Shown in pieces: positions 34,307 to 46,300 of a stretch of DNA of 64,000 bases (its first letter is position 1; every line of letters begins with the position of its first letter). The notes under the pieces were generated by a model. The model did not search any database. It was not told where the DNA came from and saw only the letters and a list, made by a program, of their open reading frames with translations. The stretch spans positions 434,001-498,000 of the forward strand of contig MU008181.1 of NCBI GenBank assembly GCA_010909165.1. The letters are read 5' to 3'. The translations under genes and the position numbers were made by a program. The DNA comes from Anthoceros angustus. Its lineage: Eukaryota > Plantae > Anthocerotophyta.

Positions 34307-36059
34307 AAAGTTTTCTTAGTACTAAGACTAGAACTTTCTCATCTCGAAAGATATGAAGCAAGAGGAAGCTTGTAAAAGTTCCAGCATGCTTTGGTGCCAC
34401 ACTCTTGTACCCTATGGGAAACCACTTTTGGTTACCTTGTGAGAAAGTGTGAATGGTGTGAATTTGAATTTTTAATGATTTACTTACACATAATTTACCA
34501 TTGTACTTCCTACTTTAGAGTCCATGTTTATCACTATAATTATTACTTTTAGCTTAGATTCTACTTGTATTGTAAAACTTAATTAGGTTAACAACCAAAT
34601 CATCCATTGACATTGCATTCTGTTTTGGTCCTCGCTGCTTTCTCCCTAGCTCTCACTCCTGTTTCCCGCTTTGCCGCGAGTGTGTTGCTAGCCTTGCTGA
34701 TGCATGTCCCATCATGGCTCCTAGGGACCATACCCCTTTCATGCAAGCTTGGAATTTGAAAGACGCAGCCAAGGAAGTGTGGAATCTAGCTGCCTATATT
34801 GAGGCAACTCTGAGAGATGTGGCTGGCTTCGAGGCCAAGGTTTGGAATTAGCAAGATGATGACGGGGAGCGGGGTGTGAAAGCTTGGAACAACATGCTTT
34901 TGGTAGGGTTGAAGGAGGATGTTGGACCAACACCTTTTATGGCAACCACAAATGAAGACTAGCTTACAGCTAGTGTCTTCAAGATGAGTGTCATATAAAT
35001 AGCTAAGATCTCCACTTGCCACTCCGCGAAGATAACTGCCTGTGTGTCCTAGCTTGTACCATGACTTGACGAGTCATTGACAAGCCATGTCTAATTTTAT
35101 TAGAATCAGCCGGACAGATTGAGAGGCTTTATGAATGATGGCTAATCTTGTTAGGAGAGTGATTAAGATGCAGGATTAATGCTAACAGTGAAAGGTGCAC
35201 ATAAAAGACATTGTTGTGTGCAGTGGTTCTAACTTCGGGTTTGCGTATTCCTCATGCTCTTTTTGCTCTCCCTTCTCCAGATTGTCGTGCCTATCTTCCT
35301 CCAGCTTGAAGATTGACCTTGGCTGTTGTTCGGCGGGCGAGCATCTTTCTCTGAGTCTACTCCCATCCCCTCCTCTTCCTGGCCTAGGCTGCTGGTTGTT
35401 GGTCGAAATTGTTCGAAGTCGAGAATCCCGCCCACTGTTGCTATCCCTCGTTGTCGATTCATAGAGCTTTGGTAATATTGTGCTGTCTCTTCCTCCTAGA
35501 GCCTAAATGCTATACCGAGTGCATTAATTGCCACATTCCAAGATGTGGGGTTTAGATATGACACTAGAAGAGCCAACATGAGATCTAAAGCACTCGACTT
35601 GGCAAAAGCTGCGATCTTGGATCTTGGTTCAAGGTTTGTCTCATGCTATGCTGCTTGAGGCAGAGAAATTGTAGTAGGATATGGCGTCTTGTAGCGACCC
35701 TCAGTGGTGTGTATCTAGGCTGATCTGCAATCTTGACGAACTTGTTTGTCAAGTATCCCCTCGAGTAGCATTTTAGTTGCTGATGTATTAGGGCTCCTCC
35801 TCACCGCCAGGCTGGTTCATTTCTTGGTGCGCCGAAAGCCTGTCCAGCCCCCGCCGATACTGTTTTATCATTTGGACACTGATCAGTCTTTCACAAGGTC
35901 TTTCGCGCGAGATCACTCTTTAATAATAATAATAATAATAATCAGAACTTGTAGAACATTAGTGATTTGCTCTCCTTTACTGAGTACGGACACTATAATT
36001 CGACCCTTGCGCAAGGCATAATCTAATTTTGTTGATAGAGCTCAACATCTTCCACATGT

Positions 36060-36365
36060 TTGGCTGCTGACCATAAATGTGGTACACCAAATCATCCAAA
36101 TTTCTCCAGTCCTGTGGTGTAAGCTTGTTTGTTCCATGAAAGGCAAAGCCGATTTTTTATTCCGGATCTTCCCCAAGGCTTCAGCCTAGACAAGCAGCTT
36201 CTAAAGTTGAGCAACGAGAAACATTTCCTTCACACGCTTGGCTGCCGACCACAAATGTGATACACCAAATCATTCAAATTTCTCCAGTCATGTGGTGCAA
36301 GCTTGTTTGTTCCATCAAAGGCAAAGCCAATGTTTTATTCCAGATCTTCCCCAAGGCTTCAGCTT
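36060..36365. repeat. Direct duplication of about 128 bp at 178-bp spacing
   Basis: ttggctgc(t/c)gacca...ccccaaggcttcagc occurs at 36060 and 36238. Confidence 0.9.
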
Positions 36366-36449
36366 AAATAGGTCATGTATAATTTGTTTGCTATCCTAAA
36401 TACTTAATAATTAGTTATTAAGTTATGAAGTTAAATAAGCTATTAAATT

Positions 36450-36900
36450 AAAGTACCTTATGAAGAAATCAAGATAAGATTTGAAACCAATATCTCACTG
36501 CAAGGTGGATTTGGCATCTCTATGCAAAATAGACTTATCCGTAAATACTCCTAACGGCCCTACTGGCTAACAGGTTCCTAACTACAGCATTCTGTATACT
36601 CCAATGTATTGTGGTGGAGGATTGAGTAAGCTTGAGCCCCTTCGAATTTTCCTTGCTATTTGGAATCATATGCCAGCAAGAATTCTTCTTGGATAACCGT
36701 GAATAGTCTGGTTTCTACAGCAGACCACATGCCATGTAGGGATAGCTCCTGTTGTGGATCAGGTCGAAGAATGGTATAGGGAATGGTCACAGACTTTCCA
36801 AAGTTTGGGACTCAAAAGTACGTGCCCTGCTTACCCTTCTTCTTCAGTAGGAAGCAGACCCGTAAGGTGGTAAAGTCAACAACCTGTTGCTCGAAAAGAT
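36450..36900 (-). pseudogene. Highly degenerate RLK/Pelle-type protein-kinase relic
   Basis: In correct order across shifting frames: KKGKQGTYF (Gly-loop-like), EFLLAYD, IHWS (LDW-like), GR*EYL, SILHRDAKST, DIGFKSYLDF. Confidence 0.35.
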
Positions 36901-37309
36901 TTGAGCTCCATTTGCAGCAAAGTTGGTTCACCTCTGTGTTTTTTATTAGGCGTTGAGGGCGAGGGGTAAAGAAGCCAAGAGCAGACTAGAGGTCTCTCGT
37001 AATAGGCTTGCCAGTACGCTGCCAAGCAAACAACCGGGCAGGAGCCCTGAAGATAGTCCACACTTCCGCACTTATGGCGTCTGGTAGGGATATCAGGATA
37101 ATAGAATAGCTGTGTGAGTTTGATGGTCGGGTCGGATGGAGATTCAATGTAAAAATAAAAAATATTGCTATATCCTATACACAGCGCAGTTCTGGAACCA
37201 AGCAAGATTACCCACCACTATGCCAAAGAAGTACGTCAGCTTAGCAGTAAAGGTTAGATAAAATTTAAAACTTATGATATATATACAAAATTATAATATA
37301 CTATAATAG

Positions 37310-37423
37310 ACTTCCCAATAGGCAACTAGCCCCTCGGCTCTTGGCCCTCTAGTGGTTGTCCCCCCACCTCCCGCCCACCTCCCCGGTAGATGGGTTTTCT
37401 CAATCTCTTCTTTTTAATAAAGT
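37310..37423 (+). mobile_element. 3'-UTR remnant of the CRE-like retroelement family
   Basis: gatgggttttctcaatctcttctttttaataaagt closely matches the 3' end of copy C (minus strand, ending 51683) and resembles copies A and B. Confidence 0.55.
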
Positions 37424-38063
37424 CTCCATTGTTCGCAGAGAAGACATGTACTTGACCAATGTCTTTCTTGTTCTACTCCTGACTCCTCGTCCTCCAGAGT
37501 CCTGGACGTGCGATTGGATGGACTCTCAGCTTTGAGTGAATCACGTACTTACATACATGATGCACTCAGTCTCTCATTGTGGCCATACTGATGCACATAT
37601 ACTTCTGAACCCAAAAGACATCCAAGTCTTTTTCAAGCATCTCATGATTGTGAATCACATGGCGGTCCAGGCTTGAGCTAGAATCACAGGGCGTGCCCTT
37701 ACACATTGTGTGTGAGACTTGTCATCTTGTGCCTTAAAATTGCGGAAGTCAGTTCTTTGCCTTGTGATGTATCGTATGTTATGGAGACCGGCCAGTGATA
37801 GGGACATGGATCATGCGACGTGCGACTGTCCATGGACCAAACGGTATCTCATGGACAGGGTGCTGAACACACTGCTCCAGTTTTATATCAGGATCTCGGA
37901 TGGGCTGTCATTGACGGTGACACTGACAATGCCACACTGTGTTTTCCTGGAAACTGCTGAATCTGGCATTGCATCGGCTGGTTATTGAATGGCAGGAGGT
38001 AGTAGAGCGATGTTGGTGAGCCCATGCCTTCCATGAGCGAGGAAGCAGGAGGGGCTGAAGACG

Positions 38064-39638
38064 ATGGCAGAGCAAAGCTCTCTCACGGCCACGTTGAGGA
38101 ACGTCCTGCTGTCTCGCCGGGCCAAGGTGTTATCAAACTCTGAGTCACCGGTTCAACCCAAATCTGGCCATGGGGTCTTCCCCGCTCCTACTTCTGCTCC
38201 TGCCGCCGGAGCTGAGCAGCACAAAGCCACTCTGGAGTACTTGGAAGACATGCTGTTGTGGACAGACGAGGATGACATGCGGCTGCATGAGTTGCTTGTA
38301 TATCAGACCCTGCACACAGAGCTGGCAGGAATTGTGGCCAAGGTTGAAGCTCTTTCTTTCCCTGGCATGTCTTTGACAACTTGTGGCGATGGCCAGATGC
38401 AGGTGCATGTGCAGGAACAGGAACAGGAGCAGGAGCAGGAGCAGGAGCACGAGTTTGGTGTTCCAGCTCGAGAGCACCCCGCGGCTGCTGAGCAAAGTTT
38501 GACGCTGGCGGGGGTGACGCAGATGCTGGTGGAGTGCGCTAGGGCCGTGGTTGCAGACGATGTGGAAACTGCAACCACGTCGGTGAGCAACCTAAGCAGA
38601 TATGCCGCGCCCTACGGCTCTAGCCTTCAGCGGATGACGTACTATGTGTTGGAGGCTTTGGTGGCCAAACTTCACGGCACAGGGGCAGATTTGTTTGCTG
38701 CCATTCGGAATGACCGACCGCATGGATTCCACCCGCAGAAGGTCTTTCAGATCATGCAATCCAAACTGCCGGCTCATGCTATGGCACATCAGTTTACCAA
38801 TTGTGTGTTTATGGACGCATTTGAAGGAGCAAGGAATGTGCACATCATCAGCTACGGCATCCTGAATGGACGGCAATGGCCTAGCTTGATGCGGGCTCTA
38901 GCTTGCCGTCCGGGAGGTGCTCCTCGGCTGCGGATCACTGGCATAGAGTTCCCCCAGCCCGGCCTAGAGCCGGATGAGGGGCTGGTGGCAACAGGGCACA
39001 GGCTGCAGGAGTATGCAAACAGTCTCGGCCTGGAATTCCTATTCCGAGGGTTTGCAGCCAAGTGGGAAGATGTTCAGGTGTCCTCGTTAGGTCTGCAACG
39101 AGACGAGGTTCTTGCTGTGTGCTGCATATACCGCCTCCGACATCTGTTGGATGATAGCGTCCTGCCTTCCAACCCCAGAATGACTGTGCTGGAGAGGATT
39201 TGCAATATGAACCCAATGGTTTTCGTCACAGGTTTTCTCAGCGTCGCAGTCAACACACCCTTCTTGACCTCCAGGGTCTCCGGGCTTCTTCCTTTCGCAA
39301 ATGGCGTCTATGAAGCGTACGGATGCACAATGCATGACCTTCCGGAAGAGCGACTGTTTCTTGAGAAGCATACAGGTCGTGACATCCTCAACATCCTAGC
39401 CTGCGAGGGATGCGAAAGACTGGAACGGTTCGAGGCTTACTATCAGTGGCATCGTCGGCTTCAGAGTGCTGGTTTTCAGATTGTTCCGTTGGAAGAAAGC
39501 TGGTACGCGAATGCGGGACAAGTTCTCAGGGAGTACCATGAGAACTTCACAATAGGCCATGACAGGGGATGGATCATTGGTGGTTGGAAAGAGACAGTGC
39601 TGTACGCCATGGCAGCATGGGAGCCAATACCCTTGTAA
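38064..39638 (+). CDS. GRAS transcription regulator, LISCL (SCL9/SCL14-like) type, intronless, 524 aa
   Basis: LISCL-like N-terminal LEYLEDMLL motif; LHRI MLVECARAV; VHIISYGILNGRQWPSLMRALACRPGGAPRLRITGIEFPQPG; LRHLLDDSV..NPRMTVLERI; NILACEG.ERLER; GWKETVLYAMAAW. Confidence 0.92.
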   Translation: MAEQSSLTATLRNVLLSRRAKVLSNSESPVQPKSGHGVFPAPTSAPAAGAEQHKATLEYLEDMLLWTDEDDMRLHELLVYQTLHTELAGIVAKVEALSFPGMSLTTCGDGQMQVHVQEQEQEQEQEQEHEFGVPAREHPAAAEQSLTLAGVTQMLVECARAVVADDVETATTSVSNLSRYAAPYGSSLQRMTYYVLEALVAKLHGTGADLFAAIRNDRPHGFHPQKVFQIMQSKLPAHAMAHQFTNCVFMDAFEGARNVHIISYGILNGRQWPSLMRALACRPGGAPRLRITGIEFPQPGLEPDEGLVATGHRLQEYANSLGLEFLFRGFAAKWEDVQVSSLGLQRDEVLAVCCIYRLRHLLDDSVLPSNPRMTVLERICNMNPMVFVTGFLSVAVNTPFLTSRVSGLLPFANGVYEAYGCTMHDLPEERLFLEKHTGRDILNILACEGCERLERFEAYYQWHRRLQSAGFQIVPLEESWYANAGQVLREYHENFTIGHDRGWIIGGWKETVLYAMAAWEPIPL

Positions 39639-39689
39639 GCCAGTAGAAGCATGCCCTCACACACTATCAGCTGCTTGTTCCACCTTGGG

Positions 39690-40260
39690 CAAGCAATGAG
39701 GCCTCCTAACTCTGCTGCTGGAAGATCTCTCGGGGCATTTGTGCATCCTGCTGCAGGCATGTGCAGGTGTGCGCACCCAAGCTTTGGAGAGTCGGGAGCA
39801 GGTTGAAGTGCATATTGCATAACCAAGGGCATGAAGCCAATGGTGACTCAGGCATCAGTTTGTAAGCACTTATGGGAAGTATTGCGGCTTGGAGATACAA
39901 GGGTATTCCCAAAAGGGCATGGGGAAGCCCTTCGTATCTACTGAACTTTGCAAAAGACGGCACACCTCCCTGGCTTACATCTAGGCCTGTGCAGATTTGC
40001 CAGCTTCTCATCTGGGAAGGCAGTTAGCTCTATGCAGAGGTTGAGGCTTCAGGCTTATGTTGATTATATAAGCGCTACCTTGTCAGCATCTTACCGTCAG
40101 CGACATGGGTGGCCCAAGTGCCAAGTCTTTCTTGGAGCGGAAAGCAAGGAGTAATATTGCGGTGCCACCAATGCTCTGCACTCCTAGGTCTTCTGGTGGA
40201 ATGCTAATTCTGATGACAAGTTGGCAACTTGCTGCCTAACTCGCATTCTGAAGCCGGCCT
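39690..40260 (+). pseudogene. Degenerate PLS-class PPR fragment
   Basis: Broken frames give CILLQACAG...EQVEVHI, FVSTYGKYCGLE, KGHGEALRIY*TLQK..LPG and YCG..ALHS*VFWWNA. These resemble successive L/S/P motif consensus pieces. Confidence 0.45.
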
Positions 40261-40903
40261 GTCCTTGAACTCTCCATGCGACGGCAAACCCAGTTGCAAA
40301 AAATGCTTCCCAGTCCACAAAAGAGGGCAGCGACCCCTCACAGATCTAAACAACTACAGGTGCCCCCAAAACACAGTCAAATCCTCTGGGTAAAAGTTAC
40401 GTGTAACCCAACGGAATGGTTTGAGTGGAGCACGGGGCAGGGGGACGGCCATTGCTCGTTCAACCCTCGAACGTTACTCAGGGCTTACGGCGATAATTCA
40501 ATGGTTCCCCTTTCAACCCTCCATACCTAAAGAGGCTTTTCTACATTCAGTCTCCGCAAGCCTCTGACACTCATGGAGATGAACTTTGATAATTACTCCG
40601 AAGGGTTCCCAGTGCCTTCGATAAGATCATCCACACAAGTGATCCCAACAACCATCAATTCTCACAACATCACCTAGTAGACCATGTACCCAAGAAATTC
40701 TCTGTGGCCAGCAACCCCAGTTCCTCTTGCTTTTGAGGAGGACCCTGTTCAAGCAGACAGAAGTAAGCAGACCATTGGCTTAATTCAGCGAACATAAGAA
40801 GGGAGAGAAGTGACTCATTTGTACCTTAAACGTAGGTATCCATGGTGTTCAAGGTGCAGGCTTCAAGCTGTGTCACATCCCTTCCATCACACACCACCCC
40901 ATT

Positions 40904-41679
40904 CTACTTTCTCCTGAAGCTCCGTGATTGCCGCTGCTTCCTCTTCTCTGCCGTGGCTAGCTTGGTGAGACTGGGCCGGTAGAGCAAAACGGTGCCGCCG
41001 ATCCTTTCCACAACTTGAGCCTCTGTTCCCTGCTCAAGCTGAGCCTGCATCTCCTCCAGCTCTTCCGGGCAGTTGGACAGTATCCTGACCTGCACTCCAA
41101 CGGCACATCATTCAGTCCTGTGCAAGGAAGGGCACGAATAGACAGCACAGGCGGTTCATTTAACTGCTAGCTTGCCTTGATCAACTCGTGGGCCTCTAAA
41201 GCGTCGCTCAGATTCTTCACCACCGTGGGAGTTATTCCCAGTTTCCCCACCTGCAAAGGCAGAGAGGAAGGTGAGACGGATCAGGCCCCTGGACACGGAC
41301 AGCCCAGGTGATGTCGGGAACTCACATGCTGGATCACGATGTCCTTCTTCCGCTGGTGTGCGAATGCGCGCAGCTCCTTCATCTCCTTCTTGTCCAGCAG
41401 CCGGAAAACCCTTCTGACTGGCCCACCGTCGGGCCCAGCCTGCGGCACTGCGCTCGGCTTCTCAACGAGGCCGACGGCGGCCCCATTCCTGGTCGGAGCT
41501 GTGGTGGAGGCGGCGCACAGTCGGAAGAGCGGGGCTGGCGCGAAACCGACTTGCCAGCCACAGCGAGCTCCAGATCGCCAGGACGAGCTCGATCCCGCCA
41601 GAAAGGAGCTGCATCTGCTTGCATTTGCACAAGGCTGGATTTGCCTGAGAGCTATCATGGCTCCACTCTCAGACACCAC
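40904..41679 (-). CDS. Plastid-type YhbY/CRM-domain RNA-binding protein (at least 3 exons; the 3' end may extend by further splicing)
   Basis: Ser/Arg/Ala-rich transit-like leader. LDKKEMKELRAFAH..VIQH|VGKLGITPTVVKNLSDALEAHELIK|VRILSNCPEE..VVERIGGTVLLYRPS. Exons 41679-41326, 41250-41176, 41089-40904; the second intron begins with GC. Confidence 0.88.
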
Positions 41680-41904
41680 GGCCTCACCTCCTCCACATTC
41701 ACAATCGCTTCAGATCGGAACGTGTCTTGGGTGTCCACGAATCACGATGTCTTCCCTGCTTAGGGCTCTTGGCCAAGGGCCAAATGCGCCTCTTCTTCTT
41801 AAACAGAAAGCTTTGAGAGAGAGATTAATGGAACTCTGGGTGCTGGGGCCCTGGCGTGGCGGGCAAATGGGTGAGAGACGCTTTCTTCGTCCTGCTTGGG
41901 TGCC

Positions 41905-42735
41905 ATGAGCAGGATGGTGTGCGGCCAGGCGTCAGCCAAGTGGGCCTGCAGCTGGTGTTATGGGGTGAGGAGGAGGGATTCCAGTCAGGAAGCCCAGCAG
42001 AAGGCTTTGGGTTACACTTGGAAGGTGCATGGGAACAGATTTCATCTCCAGGCATGGCTGCCCACTGGCCACCGTATTGCTCTCGAACAAGGCAGATGCT
42101 TTCAAACGAGAAGGTCCCGTCACCTTAGCGTTGCGCATGGGTACCGGTGGGACGACGATGAAATAGATGAGGCTAAGTCCTCGCCGTTCAGTTTTGCAGA
42201 TGGAGTGCGGCTGTTCAACTCAGGAGACTACTACTCCTGCCACGATGTCCTGGAGGGCTTGTGGAATGATGCGAGGGAGCCTCAGCGCAGCATATTGCAT
42301 GGCATTTTGCAGTGTGCCGTGGCCCTTTACCATCTTCTGAACCAGAATCACCGAGGGGCCATGGTGGAGCTCGGGGAAGGGTTGAACAAGCTTCGAAAAA
42401 TGCAGTTCAAGGAGGGACCGCTGCAGGAGTTCGAGCAAGATTTTTCAGCAGTGCTGGAGTTTCTGTACAGCACCCAGTTGGAGAATGCTGCTTGCGGGGA
42501 AGAAAGTTGTGTCACCATGGATGGGTCTGAGACGTCTTATCGTCTGCTGGGCAACTTTGCTGCCGGGAGTCCACTGTACAGTTTGCAACTTGACCAAGAT
42601 GGCACTCCACTCAATATCCTGTTCGTGCCCAAAAGGCTGGCAGATGATGGTGAAGACATTGTTGCCGCTGCTGCAGTTAGGGTGAAGCTGCCGCGGTTGT
42701 CTGCATCCGAGGAAGACCTGTACAGATATTTTTAA
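41905..42735 (+). CDS. DUF309 family protein (probably plastid-targeted), intronless
   Basis: FADGVRLFNSGDYYSCHDVLEGLW...LHGILQCAVALYHLLNQNHRGAMVELGEGL after an Arg/Ser-rich leader. Confidence 0.9.
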   Translation: MSRMVCGQASAKWACSWCYGVRRRDSSQEAQQKALGYTWKVHGNRFHLQAWLPTGHRIALEQGRCFQTRRSRHLSVAHGYRWDDDEIDEAKSSPFSFADGVRLFNSGDYYSCHDVLEGLWNDAREPQRSILHGILQCAVALYHLLNQNHRGAMVELGEGLNKLRKMQFKEGPLQEFEQDFSAVLEFLYSTQLENAACGEESCVTMDGSETSYRLLGNFAAGSPLYSLQLDQDGTPLNILFVPKRLADDGEDIVAAAAVRVKLPRLSASEEDLYRYF

Positions 42736-43346
42736 TGCAGGCCATAGCTACCAATCACAAACTTCTTCTGCCGTAGGAGAGCTTTGGTGTCGCTTCCTCT
42801 GAATGAAGAAGATCTTGTACAGTAATATCACGTAACGTGAAATGAAAGTTATGAGGATGCCATGGTGCTTTCTGCCGATGAACAAGTGATACCTTCTCCC
42901 TAGCAAGCAAACAGCAGCTGGTGACGATCATCCAGTTCACGTCCTAGCAAGAACTGTCATGACATTCGTCCAAACCAACATAAGAAAACCGACATGGAGT
43001 GTAAATGACAAATATTGAATAAAAGTATTTCAACCCGTAAAAGTTCATAGCAAATTTGCATCCGACAAGGAAACTAGGTAGGTACTCAACCAGGAAGGTC
43101 GGACCCAAAGGTGCATGCATCTTGGATTGACTGCGGGGACCTTTCTCCGACAGTAATTTGTATCCAGGCTTTGCTCTCGCTGAGCAAATCTCAGAACGCT
43201 GGTACATTTTCTTTAACATGTTCAAGCTAAGTCTCAAAGTTGCAAACCAGTAAACCTGGGGGATGAAGTGACTGGTGAATGAAGAGAGCTTAATGTTAAT
43301 GTACAAGCCAAGAGCCGCAACTGGGAATGAGAGTGAAGCTACTGGT

Positions 43347-46300
43347 CTACTTGCTGCCCTTAGGACTTGGACTGCGATCCCTCTCCCTTTCTCTACTTCT
43401 CTCTCGGTTTCTTTCGATGCTTTTCTCCTTGCTCCGTTCTCTACTTCTCTCCCTGCTCCGCCCCCTACTTCTGCTGCGAGACCTGTCTCTTTCCCGTTCT
43501 CTTCCACGACTGTCTTTGTCCTTTTGTCGAGAACCACCATCCCTATGTCTCTCCTTGCTCCGACTGCGGCCACGATCCCTGCTTCGACTGCGCTCCCTAC
43601 TCCTGCCCCTGCTTCTGCCACGATCTCTACTCCTGCTGCGGTCCCTTCGAATCTTTCTGGGATCTCTACTCCTGGTTGAGTTGGCACTGTAAGGGTCACC
43701 TGACCGACCAGGATATGCATCCCTTGCATTCAGAATCTCTCTCTGCCTCAGAGCTGCGGCAGTGTCCTTGATCTCTACAGGCTTCCTGGTTGGATAGAGA
43801 GTCCTCTGATACTGGTTGGGATGCTGCCACTTCGCCATACCTACACCTCCTACACCAGCACCCACAGCAGCACCAACAGGCCCTCCAGTTTGTGTAGCAG
43901 CAGGAGCAGCTCTGTTTGCAGCAGCTGCATCTGGAAGCAGCTGCTGGGGAGCTGGGCCTCGCACCCATGGTGAAGGATCACCTGGCAAGGCTGCGCGAGC
44001 CCTGTCAACAGCAGCAAACCTTTGCTGTTGAGCTGCAAAGACTCCAGGAGTGGTAGTATTCATCATAGACATTGCTGGCCGAGGAGCCTGGAAGTTGGTT
44101 GCTCCTCCTGGCATTGGAGCCCTCCACTCTGGCATAGCATTACTCCTCAGCTGCTGATCCATCACTCCACCCCTGGCTGCAAACTGCTGCTGCAAAGAAG
44201 AAAGAGCAGCACCAGGAGCACCAAAGGACTGGCCTTGCACACTGGAAATATGGGTGGCACCCCTTGACATGAGAGTATCTGACTCCACCTGGCCACCAGG
44301 ATAATCTCTGCGCCCACCAGAATTGAGAAAGGCCACATCCTGTGGCATGGGCATGGAGGGCAGGTTGTTGACAGTGGGCTGTGGCTGGTTCCCCATGTAT
44401 CGTGGATCCATGACAGGCAGCACCCTCTGCTGTTGCTGCTGTGAGTAGGCAGAAACAGGAGGTACGCCAGGTGCTTGCTGCATGTTGTAAGCCGGAGCAG
44501 CAGCAGGGGCGGAAGCTGAATAGTCTGGAGCGTTGTGCATATCATTGTAGTATCGAGCAGCAGCAGCAGCAGCAGCAGCAGAAGGGTGAGGATATACCGG
44601 TACGCCACCAGAATTCATCAAAGTCTGCTCTTTGGGCAGCTCAACACCGAAATGACCCTGGCCTGACTCGGGATTGAGACTCCCGGAGCTCTTGATCGCA
44701 AGGTCACTTGCTCCAGACGCCACCTGGTGACCTATTGTTGTTGCCCTTTGAGTACCGCTGCCAAAATCAAACTCTGGAAGATCATCTTCGTCCGTTGGGG
44801 AAGGTGGCCTCTGCGCTGGGGGACCTCTGGGCCAAAAGCCTGGAGGTGCCTCCATCATCTGCTCTTTCTTGGTCGTCAGAAGCTGCGAAGCAACTCGAGG
44901 ATCTGCATGGGCGGATAGTTTGGACATAGGAGAAGGTAGAGCAGAAGAAAGTGCAACTCCCGCGCCGGACCCTGATTGACCTCTGCTTGCAGCATCAGGA
45001 GCAAACGGAAATGCAGGTGAAGGTCCTGGGAAGAAGCCTGGAGGAACATCTGCAAGATCGTTATCCTCATTCGCCCCCCGAGAGGGCAAATTCGTCTGTT
45101 GGCGAGGCGCCAAGGAGCTCTCTTTGCTCAACCCTGCAACAGACCTTTCCTCGGCGCCTTGCACTCCTCCAAGGGGAGCTACAGGCTGCTGCTGATAATT
45201 TACAGAATTCGTGACAGACGGCGAGTGCCGGAAGGAGTCTCTAACAGGAGTTCTTGTGGAGGGATCACTTTCAACATGCTTTTGCATTGATAATCCATGA
45301 GTGGATACATGAGCCGAAGATGAAGCAGATCCTTTTCTGGAAGATGTCATACCCGACTTTGCAGCCTCAGCTTGACTAGGGGACACGCTGGACTTTCCTG
45401 AAAATCCAACTCGCTTATTGTTCTGGTTAGGACCCCTACTCGGCACACTAGACTGCATCTGGTTTTTGCGCCACACGACCACACCCATGAGCAACTCTTC
45501 CCCCTCACCGATGACGGAACTACTGTTCTGAGGATGCCCATGCTCAGCCAAAAGCTTAGTAGTATCATTTCCAGGAGGTAGCAGATATAACTCAAAGCCA
45601 GGCGAAGGCTCAGCATATCCTACTCTCTCTCCTGAGCGATACTGTTCTGCAACCTGCAGATGCCATGTAGAGTGTGTTATCAGACACACTTCTGCTAACC
45701 CTTCCCTCTCCATGTCTTTAAGTTTCATGTACCCCCCACCACACTATCACAACACTATTGTTCCTTAGGCACACTCTCGACATATTCCTCATTCACAGCA
45801 GCTGCGGGAAAGATAGCCTACCTCGGTCAGAAGATTAGCAGGTCCACCCTCTTGTTCCTCCTGCTTGCAAATTGAAAGAACCTGGGAAATAAGAATATTG
45901 ACTCCCAACTGTTATTATTGCTTTTGCGGAAAAACTTCCAAAGGGTATTAATAAGCCACCATAGACGCTACACAATACACCTCCAGACCTTCACTGACTG
46001 CTAATTGTTCTAGATATCATATTCAAGATATATTTCATTCCACATAAAGATGGATAACTGTAACAACCGAAGAACAGAAAGCCGACGGAAACAAGCCCAC
46101 TCACAGGATGAAGGCTTCAACCTTCAAGTCAGTACTACTGAATTCCAGTGCTTCAAAGCTCAAACTTGAGACTGTGCAGCTAAAGGCATCGGGCCATGAG
46201 GGGGCCAAAAGCTGAAAGACCTCTTTCCAGGGACCTCAATATCAACAAGACCACGCTTACCTGTGCGAAACTCAGGAATCGAACTTGTTTCCAATTATAA

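Noticed and set aside
42944-43729. Overlapping long ORFs in alternative frames
   Set aside because: By-products of the low-complexity RS/RE repeat of the SPOC gene.
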